From an uncultured virus (IMG/VR IMGVR_UViG_2061766007_001503) (taxonomy: Duplodnaviria > Heunggongvirae > Uroviricota > Caudoviricetes): a DNA stretch of 39,532 bases. The first letter of the stretch is position 1; every line of letters starts with the position of its first letter. Positions 1-10,997 of the stretch are shown here, piece after piece. Where the stretch lies: the IMG/VR virus record IMGVR_UViG_2061766007_001503. One strand, 5' to 3'. The notes under the pieces are model-generated. The model was not told the DNA's origin. It searched no databases and worked only from the letters and a program-made list of their open reading frames with translations. Both the position numbers and the translations under genes were made by a program.

Positions 1-14
1 ATTAAATTGTAAAT

Positions 15-719
15 TTAACCAAGTAAACTTAAAACGCCAGCGTTAGCTTGGTTAGCCTGTGCGAGCATTGCCTGGCCTGCCTGTGCAAGGATGTTCGCGT
101 TAGAATACTTAACCATTTCAGTTGCCATATCAGTATCGCGGATCTGACTCTCTGCAGCGGTTGTGTTCTCAACGACATTATTGAGATTATTAATTGTGTG
201 CTCAAGACGGTTCTGAACTGCACCTAAGTTGGAACGCTGACCATTAAGAGTCGTAATAGCGTCCTTAATTGTACTAATAGCACTTGCTGCATCATCTGCA
301 GAGGCGATAGAAAGGCTATCAATTCCAAGACCAGAAGCAGACATAGCGCTGATACTTATTGAAATAGTTTGGCCATTTTCTGCGCCGACCTGGAGACTCT
401 TATTGGTGAAGTTACCATCTAATAACTTCTGTTCATTGAAAGTTGTGGTATCCGCAACTCTATTAATTTCGGCGACAAGAGCCTGAACCTCAGAATCTAA
501 GTATCCACGGTCTTCAGAAGTATTTGTGCCATTAGCGGCCTGAACTGCAAGTTCATTCATTCTCTGAAGCATATCATGAACTTCGTTCAATGCACCTTCT
601 GCAGTCTGAACTGCGGAAATGCCATCTTGCGCGTTACGAGAAGCCTGTGTAAGACCTCTGACCTGTCTACGCATCTTTTCAGAGATTGCTAAACCTGCTG
701 CATCGTCTGCTGCGCGGTT
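15..719 (-). CDS. fliC: Flagellin, minimal D0/D1 type; first ~35 aa lost in the gap at 721-730
   Basis: Frame extends upstream of the track ORF as [17 protein letters not shown]. Contains [56 protein letters not shown] and C-terminal [15 protein letters not shown]. 234 aa visible. Confidence 0.97.
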   Translation of the reverse strand, partial: NRAADDAAGLAISEKMRRQVRGLTQASRNAQDGISAVQTAEGALNEVHDMLQRMNELAVQAANGTNTSEDRGYLDSEVQALVAEINRVADTTTFNEQKLLDGNFTNKSLQVGAENGQTISISISAMSASGLGIDSLSIASADDAASAISTIKDAITTLNGQRSNLGAVQNRLEHTINNLNNVVENTTAAESQIRDTDMATEMVKYSNANILAQAGQAMLAQANQANAGVLSLLG

Positions 720-730
720 ANNNNNNNNNN

Positions 731-1038
731 TTTAAGCGTCGGCACTCTCTCAAGACCACGATCAAAGTAAGAATTCAACCAAGCGATTGAGGATAATCTT
801 CTTAATTGTCTATGACCTTCCGCATCTTTAGAAATCAAAATGAAGTGATAATATTTTTGTCCAGAATCTCTAGTATTCGTGAGATAAATCTCATTTCCTA
901 TTGCTACTTTAAAATCTGGGTGCTTTTCTTTTATCTCTTGTGCATACTTATTGATTTCGATTGAGCCACTAAGACATTCATGCTCAGTTATTGCGATTCC
1001 CGCAAGTCCAATTTCAATCGCATAATCAATAAGATTTT
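731..1038 (-). CDS. dnaE: DNA polymerase III alpha subunit, N-terminal PHP domain fragment (both ends in gaps)
   Basis: AIEIGLAGIAITEHE, IGNEIY and YYHFILISKDAEGHRQLRRLSS match the PHP motifs of C-family polymerases. Confidence 0.85.
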
Positions 1039-1048
1039 NNNNNNNNNN

Positions 1049-1417
1049 TAAAAAATTTTTGTAATGCCCATCTTTCACTGCAAGGATTTTTTGGAGTTTC
1101 ATATACTATTAATGCAATAGTATCAGCATTAAATTTATTTAAACAATGTTCAAATGCTTTAAAAGTTTTTTCTTTATCAACAAGAGAATAAAGTAGTTGT
1201 TCATATTCAATCATAGTAGGGCATGCGGGAGCCAGGTCTTTGGATTCACATGGGCAGCCACAAGTACCATATTTTTGAACTATAAGTGGATCATAGCGGA
1301 GCCCGCACACTATACCTNNNNNNNNNNNNNNNNNNNNNNNNNNNNNNNNNNNNNNNNNNNNNNNNGTGTAAAATTTCTAATTTGATAAAAATATGAAGTG
1401 TAAATAAAAAAACTCAT
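1049..1417 (-). CDS. DUF488-like phage protein (spans gaps)
   Basis: ATG at 1417 behind an AGAGGT RBS reads MSFFIYTSYFYQIRNF. C-terminal ALIVYETPKNPCSER resembles the DUF488 L.CYE.P...C.R motif. Confidence 0.5.
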
Positions 1418-1429
1418 ATTTGTAACCTC

Positions 1430-2161
1430 TTAATAAATTGTTTGAGATCCTAAAGTACAAAAACAAATTCCACTTCCACCATTTTTAGGGTTATTAGAGC
1501 AACTATCACAAGCTAAATTTGAAAAGTCTTCTCTTTTAAAAAATTTATATGGATCAATAGGGTTAGGATCTATTTCGAGAAAATCTGTAATTGGATTATT
1601 ATTGATTATTTCTTTAAGTTTTTTCTTATATGTAGCTGCATCTATAGTTACTCTATGATAGTTCAGAATTTGACTAAGTAACCCACTTTTAATATTAGCT
1701 CCAAGATTAAATATTTTAAAATCATATACATTTGAAGCTAAATTGATATGATTATGTCTAAATGTATAACCATGATCATGACCATGAATATTCATAGCAA
1801 AATTCTCAAGTCCTTCAAGAGGTTCGTGGCTTAATACAAGTCTATCTGCGATAAATAAAGGACCGGTATATACTTCATCAAAGTGACTAGCTACTTTACT
1901 TAATACATCATGATTACCTGTAATTAAAACTTTATAACATTTTAATTCGTCAAGATAATCTGGGTTACCTACGTCTCCAAGGTGGATTAAAGTATCTCCT
2001 TTCCGCACGTTTTGCTTTATTATTTCCATATGCTCTTGCGGAGTAATCCAATCTGGATCCATAAGTTTACAATCAAAATCATCAAAGTGAGTATCACTGA
2101 TAATATAGACTGAACCCGTAGCACTCCAAGGTTGAAATTTTTCATAAAGTGATTTAATCAT
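1430..2161 (-). CDS. Calcineurin-like metallophosphoesterase
   Basis: Motifs SDTHF, HLGDVG, GNHD, SHEP, HGHDH; Cys-rich C-terminal tail CDSC..GICFC. Confidence 0.85.
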   Translation of the reverse strand: MIKSLYEKFQPWSATGSVYIISDTHFDDFDCKLMDPDWITPQEHMEIIKQNVRKGDTLIHLGDVGNPDYLDELKCYKVLITGNHDVLSKVASHFDEVYTGPLFIADRLVLSHEPLEGLENFAMNIHGHDHGYTFRHNHINLASNVYDFKIFNLGANIKSGLLSQILNYHRVTIDAATYKKKLKEIINNNPITDFLEIDPNPIDPYKFFKREDFSNLACDSCSNNPKNGGSGICFCTLGSQTIY

Positions 2162-2978
2162 CAATGTCCTCCACACTAATAATCTCATATTCTACATCAG
2201 GATCATTTAATCCATAAATTCTAATGCATTCAGCAATAGAAGAAACAGTACAATGTNNNNNNNNNNNNNNNNNNNNNNNNNCATATTTAAAAGTTATATA
2301 TTTCATAATTAATAATTCCTACAAGCATTTTCATAATCTTCAAAATAATAATTTATTTCATCTTCATTTATATAAGGATAACCTTTTAAAAAAGCATTTA
2401 AAGGTTCTTCAAATTCATCAAGGCAACCCCATAAAGAAATAAGCTCTTGAAAAGTATTTATACTTTCAATATCTTCACCAAAAGGATGACNNNNNNNNNN
2501 NNNNNNNNNNNNNNNNNNNNNNNNNNNNNNNNNNNNNNNNNNNNNNNNNNNNNNNNNNNNNNNNNNNNNNNNNNNNNNNNNNNNNNNNNNNNNNNNNNNN
2601 NNNNNNNNNNNNNNNNNNNNNNNNNNNNNNNNNNNNNNNNNNNNNNNNNNNNNNNNNNNNNNNNNNNNNNNNNNNNNNNNNNNNNNNNNNNNNNNNNNNN
2701 NNNNNNNNNNNNNNNNNNNNNNNNNNNNNNNNNNNNNNNNNNNNNNNNNNNNNNNNNNNNNNNNNNNNNNNNNNNNNNNNNNNNNNNNNNNNNNNNNNNN
2801 NNNNNNNNNNNNNNNNNNNNNNNNNNNNNNNNNNNNNNNNNNNNNNNNNNNNNNNNNNNNNNNNNNNNNNNNNNNNNNNNNNNNNNNNNNNNNNNNNNNN
2901 NNNNNNNNNNNNNNNNNNNNNNNNNATCTTTAGAGTTTAATAAATCTGTTGCTTTTTCATAATTCTCAATTTTCATTT

Positions 2979-3398
2979 TTATTCTCCTTTAATTTTCTCC
3001 ATTAATTCTTTAACAACTTTTTCGTGCATTTCATTTGCCGCGAGATCTGGATGCTGGTCATATTTTTCCATAACTTCTTCCCAGGTCTTACCCCAAATAC
3101 CCCACTCGCTATTAAATTCAATTTCTTTTGAAACATCTGCATCATCATATTCATCATAAGAAGATTCAAAAGCCATTGTTTCATACCAACGATTTGCTCC
3201 AATAGTCATTATGTCGCCTTTCTTTTGATAAGGCTCTAAATCATAACGGCATATTTGACAACCAACAGTTGATACAACCCATTTTTTATTTTTATATTCA
3301 AGTAAAGTGTTTCTGCGAAAGACGCAATCTCTAGAACAAATAAAATGTCCAGCCCAACCGCGTTCAGTTCTTTTTACTTTATCCATTATTAATTCCAT
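2979..3398 (-). CDS. Hypothetical phage protein
   Basis: Ungapped 139-aa ORF in a tightly packed minus-strand array; no motif recognised. Confidence 0.7.
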   Translation of the reverse strand: MELIMDKVKRTERGWAGHFICSRDCVFRRNTLLEYKNKKWVVSTVGCQICRYDLEPYQKKGDIMTIGANRWYETMAFESSYDEYDDADVSKEIEFNSEWGIWGKTWEEVMEKYDQHPDLAANEMHEKVVKELMEKIKGE

Positions 3399-3454
3399 CT
3401 TTCATTTTTTTCTATTTCATCAAAAGAAGTCCAACTTCAAATTCTTTTTCTAAT

Positions 3455-3666
3455 TTAAAATTTTCCTTCTACTTCAGTTTCCATATTTTCGAATTCATTT
3501 TTTAAATCTTCTAAAGCCATATCTTCATAACTAACATCTTGATAATCTGTATAAAGATNNNNNNNNNNNNNNNNNNNNNNNNNNNNNNNNNNNNNAGAGC
3601 ATTTAATTGATTTTCTTTTTTTAATAATTCTAATAATCTTTTTTCATTTATAATATAATATTTCAT
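3455..3666 (-). CDS. Small hypothetical protein (spans gap)
   Basis: AGGAGA RBS then MKYYIINEKRLLELLKK; acidic tail after the gap ends ETEVEGKF*. Confidence 0.45.
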
Positions 3667-3742
3667 ATATCTCCTTTTGTGGAAATGGGTACAAGATTTA
3701 GTAATTTTAATATATATCTTTACTAAATGTTGTGATTTTCCG

Positions 3743-4921
3743 CTACCTCAATATTACTAGTTTAGAAGAGGAACGAGTCGCAGCAGTGTATAACCACCGC
3801 TTATGTTCTTCTCTGTCAAATGGGAAGTTTTCTTCAATAACCAAGACCTTATCCCACTCGCTACCTTGCGCTGCGTGACATGTTAGCGCATATCCATAAG
3901 TCATCTGTCTAGGAAGAATATCTCCTAACCTAGCTCTCATTCTACCAACTTGATAAGCGACCCTCCAATCTACACAAGGTTCTTCTTTAAGAAGAAAATC
4001 CTTATCAATATTAATACAATTAAATGCGCTTCCCGCCTCTGGTTCTAAGTCACACATAATAGTAGGAATATGATGTCTATTATTTTTAATATATCCAGGT
4101 AATTGAATAAAGCTATCAAAAATATTAGTTACATTTCCTATTGTTCCATTAACTAATGCATCACCATCGTCATTTAAATCTTCCCAATAATTACGTTTGC
4201 AAATAACTTTTTCACCTGGATTTAATTCTCCTTTAAATCCAAGCAAATCTCTTACCTGTGTATTAATATTGTGACGCATCAGGTTAGTTGCGGTAAGAAT
4301 AGTATCTGCCCAAAGTAAATGACCTGTTACCATATCTTTTTGCGGAAGTACCATTACTTCATTACCCTGCATATATGGAATTTCTTCACCATTACGAATC
4401 TTCATAGTCAGCTGAATAATTTCTGATTCAGCTTCCTGTCTCATAATCTCGTCAAGAAATACATGAGGGTGGTCAAGTAAATCATGAGCCTCTTTCTTGT
4501 CGATCATAGGTAATTGCCCAGGGTCGCCTAAGAATATTACAAAGACTTTATGACCTAGTAGCATATCTATCATTGACTTAGGCACCATGGAGCACTCATC
4601 TACAACAACGATATTATAATCTAGAGTAAGTTTCGGTTTTCTAAAAAAGCCTCCGCCGGGTCTGGGAAAAGAATCATATAACAAACGATGGAGAGTCATA
4701 GCATTATGATTCCCCTTCTTGCGCAGAACTTCGGCGGCTTTACCTGTAAATGTAGCGTATGCAACTTCGTCCTTGTCTACATCAAGTGCGCTAATTATGA
4801 ACTTAACTAGAGTTGTTTTTCCTGTGCCTGCATAACCAGCGATAGTAACATACTTCTCGTGATTCTTATATCTAGTTAATGCTTCTTTTAATCCTTCTTG
4901 TTGTTTTTGAGTAAGTTCCAT
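3743..4921 (-). CDS. SF1B helicase, Dda/RecD-like
   Basis: GYAGTGKTT (Walker A), VVDECSM (Walker B), GDPGQLP, TCHAAQGSEW, LYTAATR. Confidence 0.92.
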   Translation of the reverse strand: MELTQKQQEGLKEALTRYKNHEKYVTIAGYAGTGKTTLVKFIISALDVDKDEVAYATFTGKAAEVLRKKGNHNAMTLHRLLYDSFPRPGGGFFRKPKLTLDYNIVVVDECSMVPKSMIDMLLGHKVFVIFLGDPGQLPMIDKKEAHDLLDHPHVFLDEIMRQEAESEIIQLTMKIRNGEEIPYMQGNEVMVLPQKDMVTGHLLWADTILTATNLMRHNINTQVRDLLGFKGELNPGEKVICKRNYWEDLNDDGDALVNGTIGNVTNIFDSFIQLPGYIKNNRHHIPTIMCDLEPEAGSAFNCINIDKDFLLKEEPCVDWRVAYQVGRMRARLGDILPRQMTYGYALTCHAAQGSEWDKVLVIEENFPFDREEHKRWLYTAATRSSSKLVILR

Positions 4922-4950
4922 TTTGTCACCTTTTCATTTCTTTATAATTA

Positions 4951-4979
4951 ATTATATCATATTTTTATAAAAAAATCAA
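4951..4979 (-). promoter_or_regulatory. Sigma-A/70-type promoter upstream of the helicase
   Basis: TTGATT-17 nt-TATAAT with extended -10 TG; overlaps the terminator hairpin of the upstream gene. Confidence 0.7.
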
Positions 4980-5003
4980 GCGGAAGCGCTATGGCCTCCG
5001 CTT
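4970..5003 (-). terminator. Intrinsic terminator after the GIY-YIG gene
   Basis: AAGCGGAGGC-loop-GCTTCCGCTT followed by GATTTTTTT on the minus strand. Confidence 0.55.
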
Positions 5004-5658
5004 AATCAATATATTTCCAATGATAGCCGCCTGAAGTTTGGTAAACTCCTCGACATGCTGCAGCAATATTTTGATGATGTAAATTTAATTCTTGAGCGGC
5101 TTGNNNNNNNNNNNNNTCAATACATAAACATTTTTTTCCTTGAGTATGTTTACCATAATTTGGATTTTTTTCACCTTGCATATCTAAACTATGTTGTTGT
5201 TTCCATTCTTCAGTATGCCTATGTCCTTTAAATAATCCTTGTTTATTTTTTAATCTTTGTCTAGCTCTTTCTTTAGTTTGGATTCCTTTATCAGTTTGGT
5301 ACCATTTTCTTTTTATTATACTCATCCTTTTTTTCCATTCTTCATCAGGTATCCATCCAGATAGGCCATCTCNNNNNNNNNNNNNNNNNNNNNNNNNNNN
5401 NNTATCTTCATAAGCATTATAATATTTAATCCAATATTTTTCTTTTTCATTAATAATTTCATCATATATATCTAAAGGAACTTCTTCAATAATTTCAAAA
5501 GTAAAATTTTCTATTCCANNNNNNNNNNNNNNNNNNNNNNNNNNNNNNNNNNNNNNACTTTTATGTTGAGACCACCTATGTTCAATATTTTTTGCTTTGC
5601 CAATATATAAATTATGAGTAATTATATTTTCTATTTTATAAATTCCAGAATGGCTCAT
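5002..5658 (-). CDS. Free-standing GIY-YIG homing endonuclease with NUMOD3/NUMOD1-type DNA-binding tail
   Basis: SGIYKIEN..LYIGKAKNIEHRW, ENFTFEIIE, FKGHRHTEEWK, GEKNPNYGK, NIAAACRG..SGGYHWKY. Confidence 0.88.
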   Translation of the reverse strand: MSHSGIYKIENIITHNLYIGKAKNIEHRWSQHKSXXXXXXXXXXXXXGIENFTFEIIEEVPLDIYDEIINEKEKYWIKYYNAYEDXXXXXXXXXXXDGLSGWIPDEEWKKRMSIIKRKWYQTDKGIQTKERARQRLKNKQGLFKGHRHTEEWKQQHSLDMQGEKNPNYGKHTQGKKCLCIXXXXXQAAQELNLHHQNIAAACRGVYQTSGGYHWKYID

Positions 5659-5660
5659 TT

Positions 5661-7445
5661 TTAAAATCCCCATGCAGATAATATATTATCATCTTTAATA
5701 ATTTCGTAGTCAATTAAAATTAANNNNNNNNNNNNNNTGTTGCATTTACAAACGGCGTTAATTCTACAACCTTTAGAAAATAATTCAATTTGTTCATCAG
5801 TTCCGCCGAATTGAATAATATCAACATTAGGACAACTGAATTTTAAAGTATTAGATTTCATTATCTTAAATGTAGTATCATTAATAGGAATATTTCTAAT
5901 ATATACAAGAGAACGATCTAAATCTTTTCCCCAATAATCATTCATATCTGCAATTTCAAGAATTTTTTCTCCATCTATTGAATTATAATCCCAAACATAA
6001 TCTACATAATAACTAGGTTCAGAAGAAAGGTCTTTAAGTATTTCATCAGTGTAGTCAATAAATTGATATACATAATCTCCTGCTACTTCTTCATCTCCAG
6101 GATAATCATATCCTAAGCCAAGTCCGAATGCACCTTGATGTCCTGCTGCGAAGATGCAACCGGGGGCTGCCGCGCATATATCTTTAAACATCATATCTGC
6201 ACCATATCCACGAGCAGAACCTTGATAAGAGATTCTTCCCTCATTATCAATAACTTTTGTTAAGATAGCAACAGGACGCTGATATTTTGCCATAAATTTA
6301 TTCGCAATTAAACCAGCTATGTTTCTATCAACTTCGCCTGGTTCAAGTAAGAATAATAAAACTTTATGTTGCATCATGTTGCGCTCTAAAATCAAGTAAT
6401 CTAAATGCTCGAGGCCGGCCTCCTCTGCACGAGTCTGCCTATTCTTGACATTAGTACAAGTTCTAATAGCTTGGTCTACTTTTCTCTCTTGATCACCTAA
6501 TTTATGCCCTCTCTTATTAGAGGGTATCATTTCAAAAGCTTTATACTTTAGCATAGACTCAAAGATTAATTCTTTTTCATCAAGAGTACCACTTCTTACT
6601 ATTGCATTAACAAAAGGAACAATGAAGAATGCAGCGCCAATTGGTGAGAACTGTAATCCATTAATACCAGATGGTTTATAATCTGCTTTTGATAATGGAA
6701 AACTATTTTTTTGAGCCATTTCATATATAAAAGGATTTTTAATATTTTTCTCTTTAAATCCTTCAAAGATTAATGTTTTAGTTTCAACAGAAATCATACT
6801 CATCATATCACCCATATCACCAAGAGCAACTAAATCTAAATATTCATCAGCATAATGGTTTCCGCCAATCATATCTAAATATCTACAAAACTGCCAAGTA
6901 ACACCTACACCGGATAGTTCTTTATTAGGATAATCAGAAAGTTGATTATTAATAATTACTGCGTTTTCTGATATACTATCTGCTTCATGGTGGTCTAATA
7001 CTAAAACATCAATTCCTAAATCTTTAAGTTCTTTATGATATTCATAATCATTACTAGAAGAGTCAGGGAGAATAATTAATTTATACTCACCAACCATATC
7101 CATAATATCTGCAAGCCCATGCTGTTTACCTTCGTGAAGGCAATAATTAATATGTTCTTCTACAAAAGTAGGAAAACAATCATGCAGATAATTGATTAAA
7201 AGCGCAGAGCTGGTAAAGCCATCACAGTCTGCATCAACGACAACAAGGACTGGATCATTTGCGGAAATGTGTACCATAAGCATGCGAGCGCCAGCAGTTA
7301 AGCAATCCTGCCCTAATAATTGCGGTTCATTTATACAAGACATATCCGCTTTTAAATATGTTGCAATATCTTTAACTCCTCTATTGTAAAGAACTTGTGT
7401 TAATGCATCTCTAAATGTTGGAGGATTTATTAACTTGACATTCAT
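5661..7445 (-). CDS. recJ: RecJ-like ssDNA exonuclease (DHH family)
   Basis: DADCDG, LDHHE, LSGVGV, DLVALG..GDM, GSAR and GH..AFG motifs. Confidence 0.92.
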   Translation of the reverse strand: MNVKLINPPTFRDALTQVLYNRGVKDIATYLKADMSCINEPQLLGQDCLTAGARMLMVHISANDPVLVVVDADCDGFTSSALLINYLHDCFPTFVEEHINYCLHEGKQHGLADIMDMVGEYKLIILPDSSSNDYEYHKELKDLGIDVLVLDHHEADSISENAVIINNQLSDYPNKELSGVGVTWQFCRYLDMIGGNHYADEYLDLVALGDMGDMMSMISVETKTLIFEGFKEKNIKNPFIYEMAQKNSFPLSKADYKPSGINGLQFSPIGAAFFIVPFVNAIVRSGTLDEKELIFESMLKYKAFEMIPSNKRGHKLGDQERKVDQAIRTCTNVKNRQTRAEEAGLEHLDYLILERNMMQHKVLLFLLEPGEVDRNIAGLIANKFMAKYQRPVAILTKVIDNEGRISYQGSARGYGADMMFKDICAAAPGCIFAAGHQGAFGLGLGYDYPGDEEVAGDYVYQFIDYTDEILKDLSSEPSYYVDYVWDYNSIDGEKILEIADMNDYWGKDLDRSLVYIRNIPINDTTFKIMKSNTLKFSCPNVDIIQFGGTDEQIELFSKGCRINAVCKCNXXXXXLILIDYEIIKDDNILSAWGF

Positions 7446-7458
7446 TTATTAACTACTC

Positions 7459-8565
7459 CTATCCATAAATATTTATTCTTTCCTTATATAATCTTAAAAA
7501 TATATCTCTACCGCAGTCAGTGGGCGAGCATTTCATTCCTGTTAAATGTTCTTTATCCCAAATAAAAGATATAGTAACATACTTACCATATTTTTTATGA
7601 ATACTTTTTAAATTTCTAATTTTCTTTTCAGCTTCTTTGCTAGTAACATCTCTAAAGTCGTGGTCAAGTCCAATGATAATTTCTTTCACTCCGAGGTTGA
7701 TTAGTAACCATGCCTGATAATTAATAAAAGAACTTCCGCACATAGCAACTGCAATATTATTATCTTGACCAAACATTGAGCCATATTGCAAAACTGATTT
7801 TTCAGATTCAAGAACTATTGCTTTTTGTATAGTTCTGATATGTTCTTGATTTTGATACAATCCATATAAATTAAAAGAAAGAGGGTGATTATACATCTTA
7901 TTACCTACTTTCATAGGCAAATATTTCCCATATCTTTCTGCATTCTCTTGAATTAAAGTTCTTTCTCTTATTCCAATTAATCGACCCTTTTGATCTCTAT
8001 GTGGAATTACTATACCTTGGTTTTTCGGATCGAAACAAATTTCATAGTATGACATAATCTCTGGGGTAATATTATCTTCTACCCATGGCTGAATAATTGG
8101 ATGGGGGAGATTCTTAAGAAGAGTATCTTCATAAGATTTTAATTCAACAATTTGAGTTTCTAACTCTATATTATTTATTCTATCAAAATTTTGCATATAT
8201 GTCAAGTCATCTTCTATTAATGACTTGCGCTGTTCTTCAGTTGCGGAAGGCGCGTACCCGAAGGATCTAGCCACATATTCTACCGCTCTAGGCAAAGGAT
8301 ATTCCTCTTCTAGTTCTCTAGTTTTAACTTTTCTGACTAATTCAAAAATATCAAAACTAGGCTCTGCGCAACCTGTATAACAATGAAAGAGATGACTATT
8401 TTCATAATAATAAAGTTTATGACTATCTCCACCATGGCAGATAGTTTTGCATAAAAGAACATCATTCTGGAGCTGAGGCTCCCCGCCCAGCTCCGCTACA
8501 ATGTCCTTGATTTGTTCTATTGTTAAAGACTCCTTGATATAAGGCAAGTCATATTCGTAAACCAT
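7459..8565 (-). CDS. Phage DNA primase (Zn-binding plus TOPRIM)
   Basis: CH..FHCYTGC zinc motif, IVIPHRD..G.LIGIRER, NLYGL, ESEKS, GLDHD; adjacent to the helicase. Confidence 0.85.
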   Translation of the reverse strand: MVYEYDLPYIKESLTIEQIKDIVAELGGEPQLQNDVLLCKTICHGGDSHKLYYYENSHLFHCYTGCAEPSFDIFELVRKVKTRELEEEYPLPRAVEYVARSFGYAPSATEEQRKSLIEDDLTYMQNFDRINNIELETQIVELKSYEDTLLKNLPHPIIQPWVEDNITPEIMSYYEICFDPKNQGIVIPHRDQKGRLIGIRERTLIQENAERYGKYLPMKVGNKMYNHPLSFNLYGLYQNQEHIRTIQKAIVLESEKSVLQYGSMFGQDNNIAVAMCGSSFINYQAWLLINLGVKEIIIGLDHDFRDVTSKEAEKKIRNLKSIHKKYGKYVTISFIWDKEHLTGMKCSPTDCGRDIFLRLYKERINIYG

Positions 8566-8604
8566 AGCGTAGTTATCTCCTAGTTCACTAGAGTTTAATC
8601 AAAA

Positions 8605-10108
8605 TTAGAATGCCGATTCTTCCTCTACCTTAATTTTCAAAAGAGGAATTTCAATTACATTATAAGCCCAGTCTGTAATAAACATACCTTCATATCTACA
8701 AGTACCCGTATTAGTTAGCATCCAAACATAAATACCTTTCCATTTATTTCCACGGTTTTTATAAATACTCATTTTAACATTAGGAGTAGGTAATCCATTT
8801 TTAATACAGAATGGAGTTATCTTTTCTACATCTTCTTTTCTCACTTCAAGCATAATAGATCCCCAATCAATTCTATCAGCAATAGCCTTAGAACCTCTCA
8901 AGAGATTTTGATCGGGTGTTTCTGAAGTTTGATAATCAGCATTTAACTGTGTACTACTAAGTATAAAAATACCTAATTCTACTGTTATATCTTTTAATTT
9001 TGATGACAGAAGGAAGAGAATATTATCTTCTCTTAGATTCTTAACTCCGCTTNNNNNNNNNNTCTTCGCAGAAGAATGAATATAATCAAAGAAACAATAT
9101 TGAATATGATATTCTCTAATATACTTCTTAATAATTGTTTCTATATCTTCCATTGAAAAATCTGGAATACAAATAAAATAAACTTGAGATTGTTTTAATA
9201 ATTGTTTCGCTTTCTCAATTCTTTCCCATTCTCCTGCATAATATTCATGCATAAGAATATGATCTTCTTCTACACCAGATATAAATGCTATTGCGGAAAC
9301 CTGGATCTCATCCATAGTTTGCTCTGTTGCAATAAACAAAGTAGGCTGACAAGTTCCTGTTGGCTTCCATTTATTTTCTTTTAAATCGTACATTTGCGAG
9401 CAACCAATAAAACAAGCATCGCCTATCATAGCACGAGTTTTACCTACATTAGTTGCTGCTGAACGAAGATAAAATTTTCCTTGTCTAGCTCCTCTACAAA
9501 TGGTAGTAGTATACATATCAAACAAAGGATAACCTACTGCAGGAACATCTGCAAAAGAATCAATGAGTTCATCAATGCCCGTACCTAACTGAGCACCATC
9601 ATCTTGAACTTCATCAACATATTCCATTTTGATATTATCAATCTTATCATTAATAGAATTGTAAATATCATTAAGCGATGCATTATCAAGCCAATTCTCT
9701 TGCTCTTGCTTTTTCTTTGCATTGAATATATCGTCTGGATCATATAGCCAAGATAAATCCATGCCTAAACTTTCATATGCCCGAAGTAAAGACATCTTTT
9801 TCATACGACTATAATAATATTCAAAAGTATTGAGATTGGCGATTTCCGCAGCCTTAAGTAAAAATTCTTGCCCTTTATTTTCAGTAAATGTAGCAAGTGC
9901 TTTCGGTCTTTGTGCAAGATAATCTTCTATTGCGGGAANNNNNNNNNNNNNNNNAAATACAACCAAAAACTATTTTATGAAAGTCATCATAAAAATCTTG
10001 CTCATTAAATTTATATTTATCTATATATTCAAATAATTTAGGATTTTTATATACGCAACCAATTACTTGAACTATATTTGGTATTTCAATATATTTTGAA
10101 TTTCTCAT
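8605..10108 (-). CDS. DnaB-like replicative helicase (track ORFs 8605-9966 and 9881-10108 joined across a gap)
   Basis: SAATNVGKT Walker A, FIATEQ, FFDYI, STQLN, LRGSKAIAD, KNR. Confidence 0.88.
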
Positions 10109-10574
10109 TCATCTTCTCCTAAATTAAATAATTTCTTTTTTATTGCGGGGACTGGTGGTTTAATAATTATTTCTTTTACTTTTGTAATTAAATTTTTATT
10201 TTTATTTGCTTCCTGAGTCATAAATAAACTATANNNNNNNNNNNNNNNNNNNNNNNNNNNNNNNNNNNNNNNNNNNNNNNNNNNTAGAAATAGATTAAAG
10301 ACTTCAAAATACCAGAAAGACTATAACCTTTCTTTTGAAAGTCTTTAATTTGTTTATTTATCACCGGCCAATTAGCTTTATCACCATATTTATTAGTTAT
10401 ATACTCTTTTAGTTTAACTAAATCTGGATCAGCTCCTGGACCTAGTGGTATAATTTTATCATTATCAGGATAACAAGTAGCATGACCGTATCGTCTTGCG
10501 GCTACTTGGACAGCTTGTATTTTATCACGATCAAACTTCTGACCGCATTTAGGACAGATACAATAATGCGCCAT
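10105..10574 (-). CDS. Zn-finger protein translationally coupled to the helicase (possible loader or accessory factor)
   Basis: CPKC..H..C. After the gap a frame continues YSLFMTQEANK..LFNLGEDE*, and its TGA overlaps the helicase ATG. Confidence 0.6.
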
Positions 10575-10997
10575 GCATTTTATTCCTTTCTATACTGTAT
10601 TTTNNNNNNNNNNNNNNNNNNNNNNNNNNNNNNNNNNNNNNNNNNNNNNNNNNNNNNNNNNNNNNNNNNNNNNNNNNNNNNNNNNNNNNNNNNNNNNNNN
10701 NNNNNNNNNNNNNNNNNNNNNNNNNNNNNNNNNNNNNNNNNNNNNNNNNNNNNNNNNNNNNNNNNNNNNNNNNNNNNNNNNNNNNNNNNNNNNNNNNNNN
10801 NNNNNNNNNNNNNNNNNNNNNNNNNNNNNNNNNNNNNNNNNNNNNNNNNNNNNNNNNNNNNNNNNNNNNNNNNNNNNNNNNNNNNNNNNNNNNNNNNNNN
10901 NNNNNNNNNNNNNNNNNNNNNNNNNNNNNNNNNNNNNNNNNNNNNNNNNNNNNNNNNNNNNNNNNNNNNNNNNNNNNNNNNNNNNNNNNNNNNNNNN

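Noticed and set aside
689..1102. Track ORF suggesting a DnaE-flagellin overlap or fusion
   Set aside because: Chimera of three segments read through two 10-N gaps of unknown true length.
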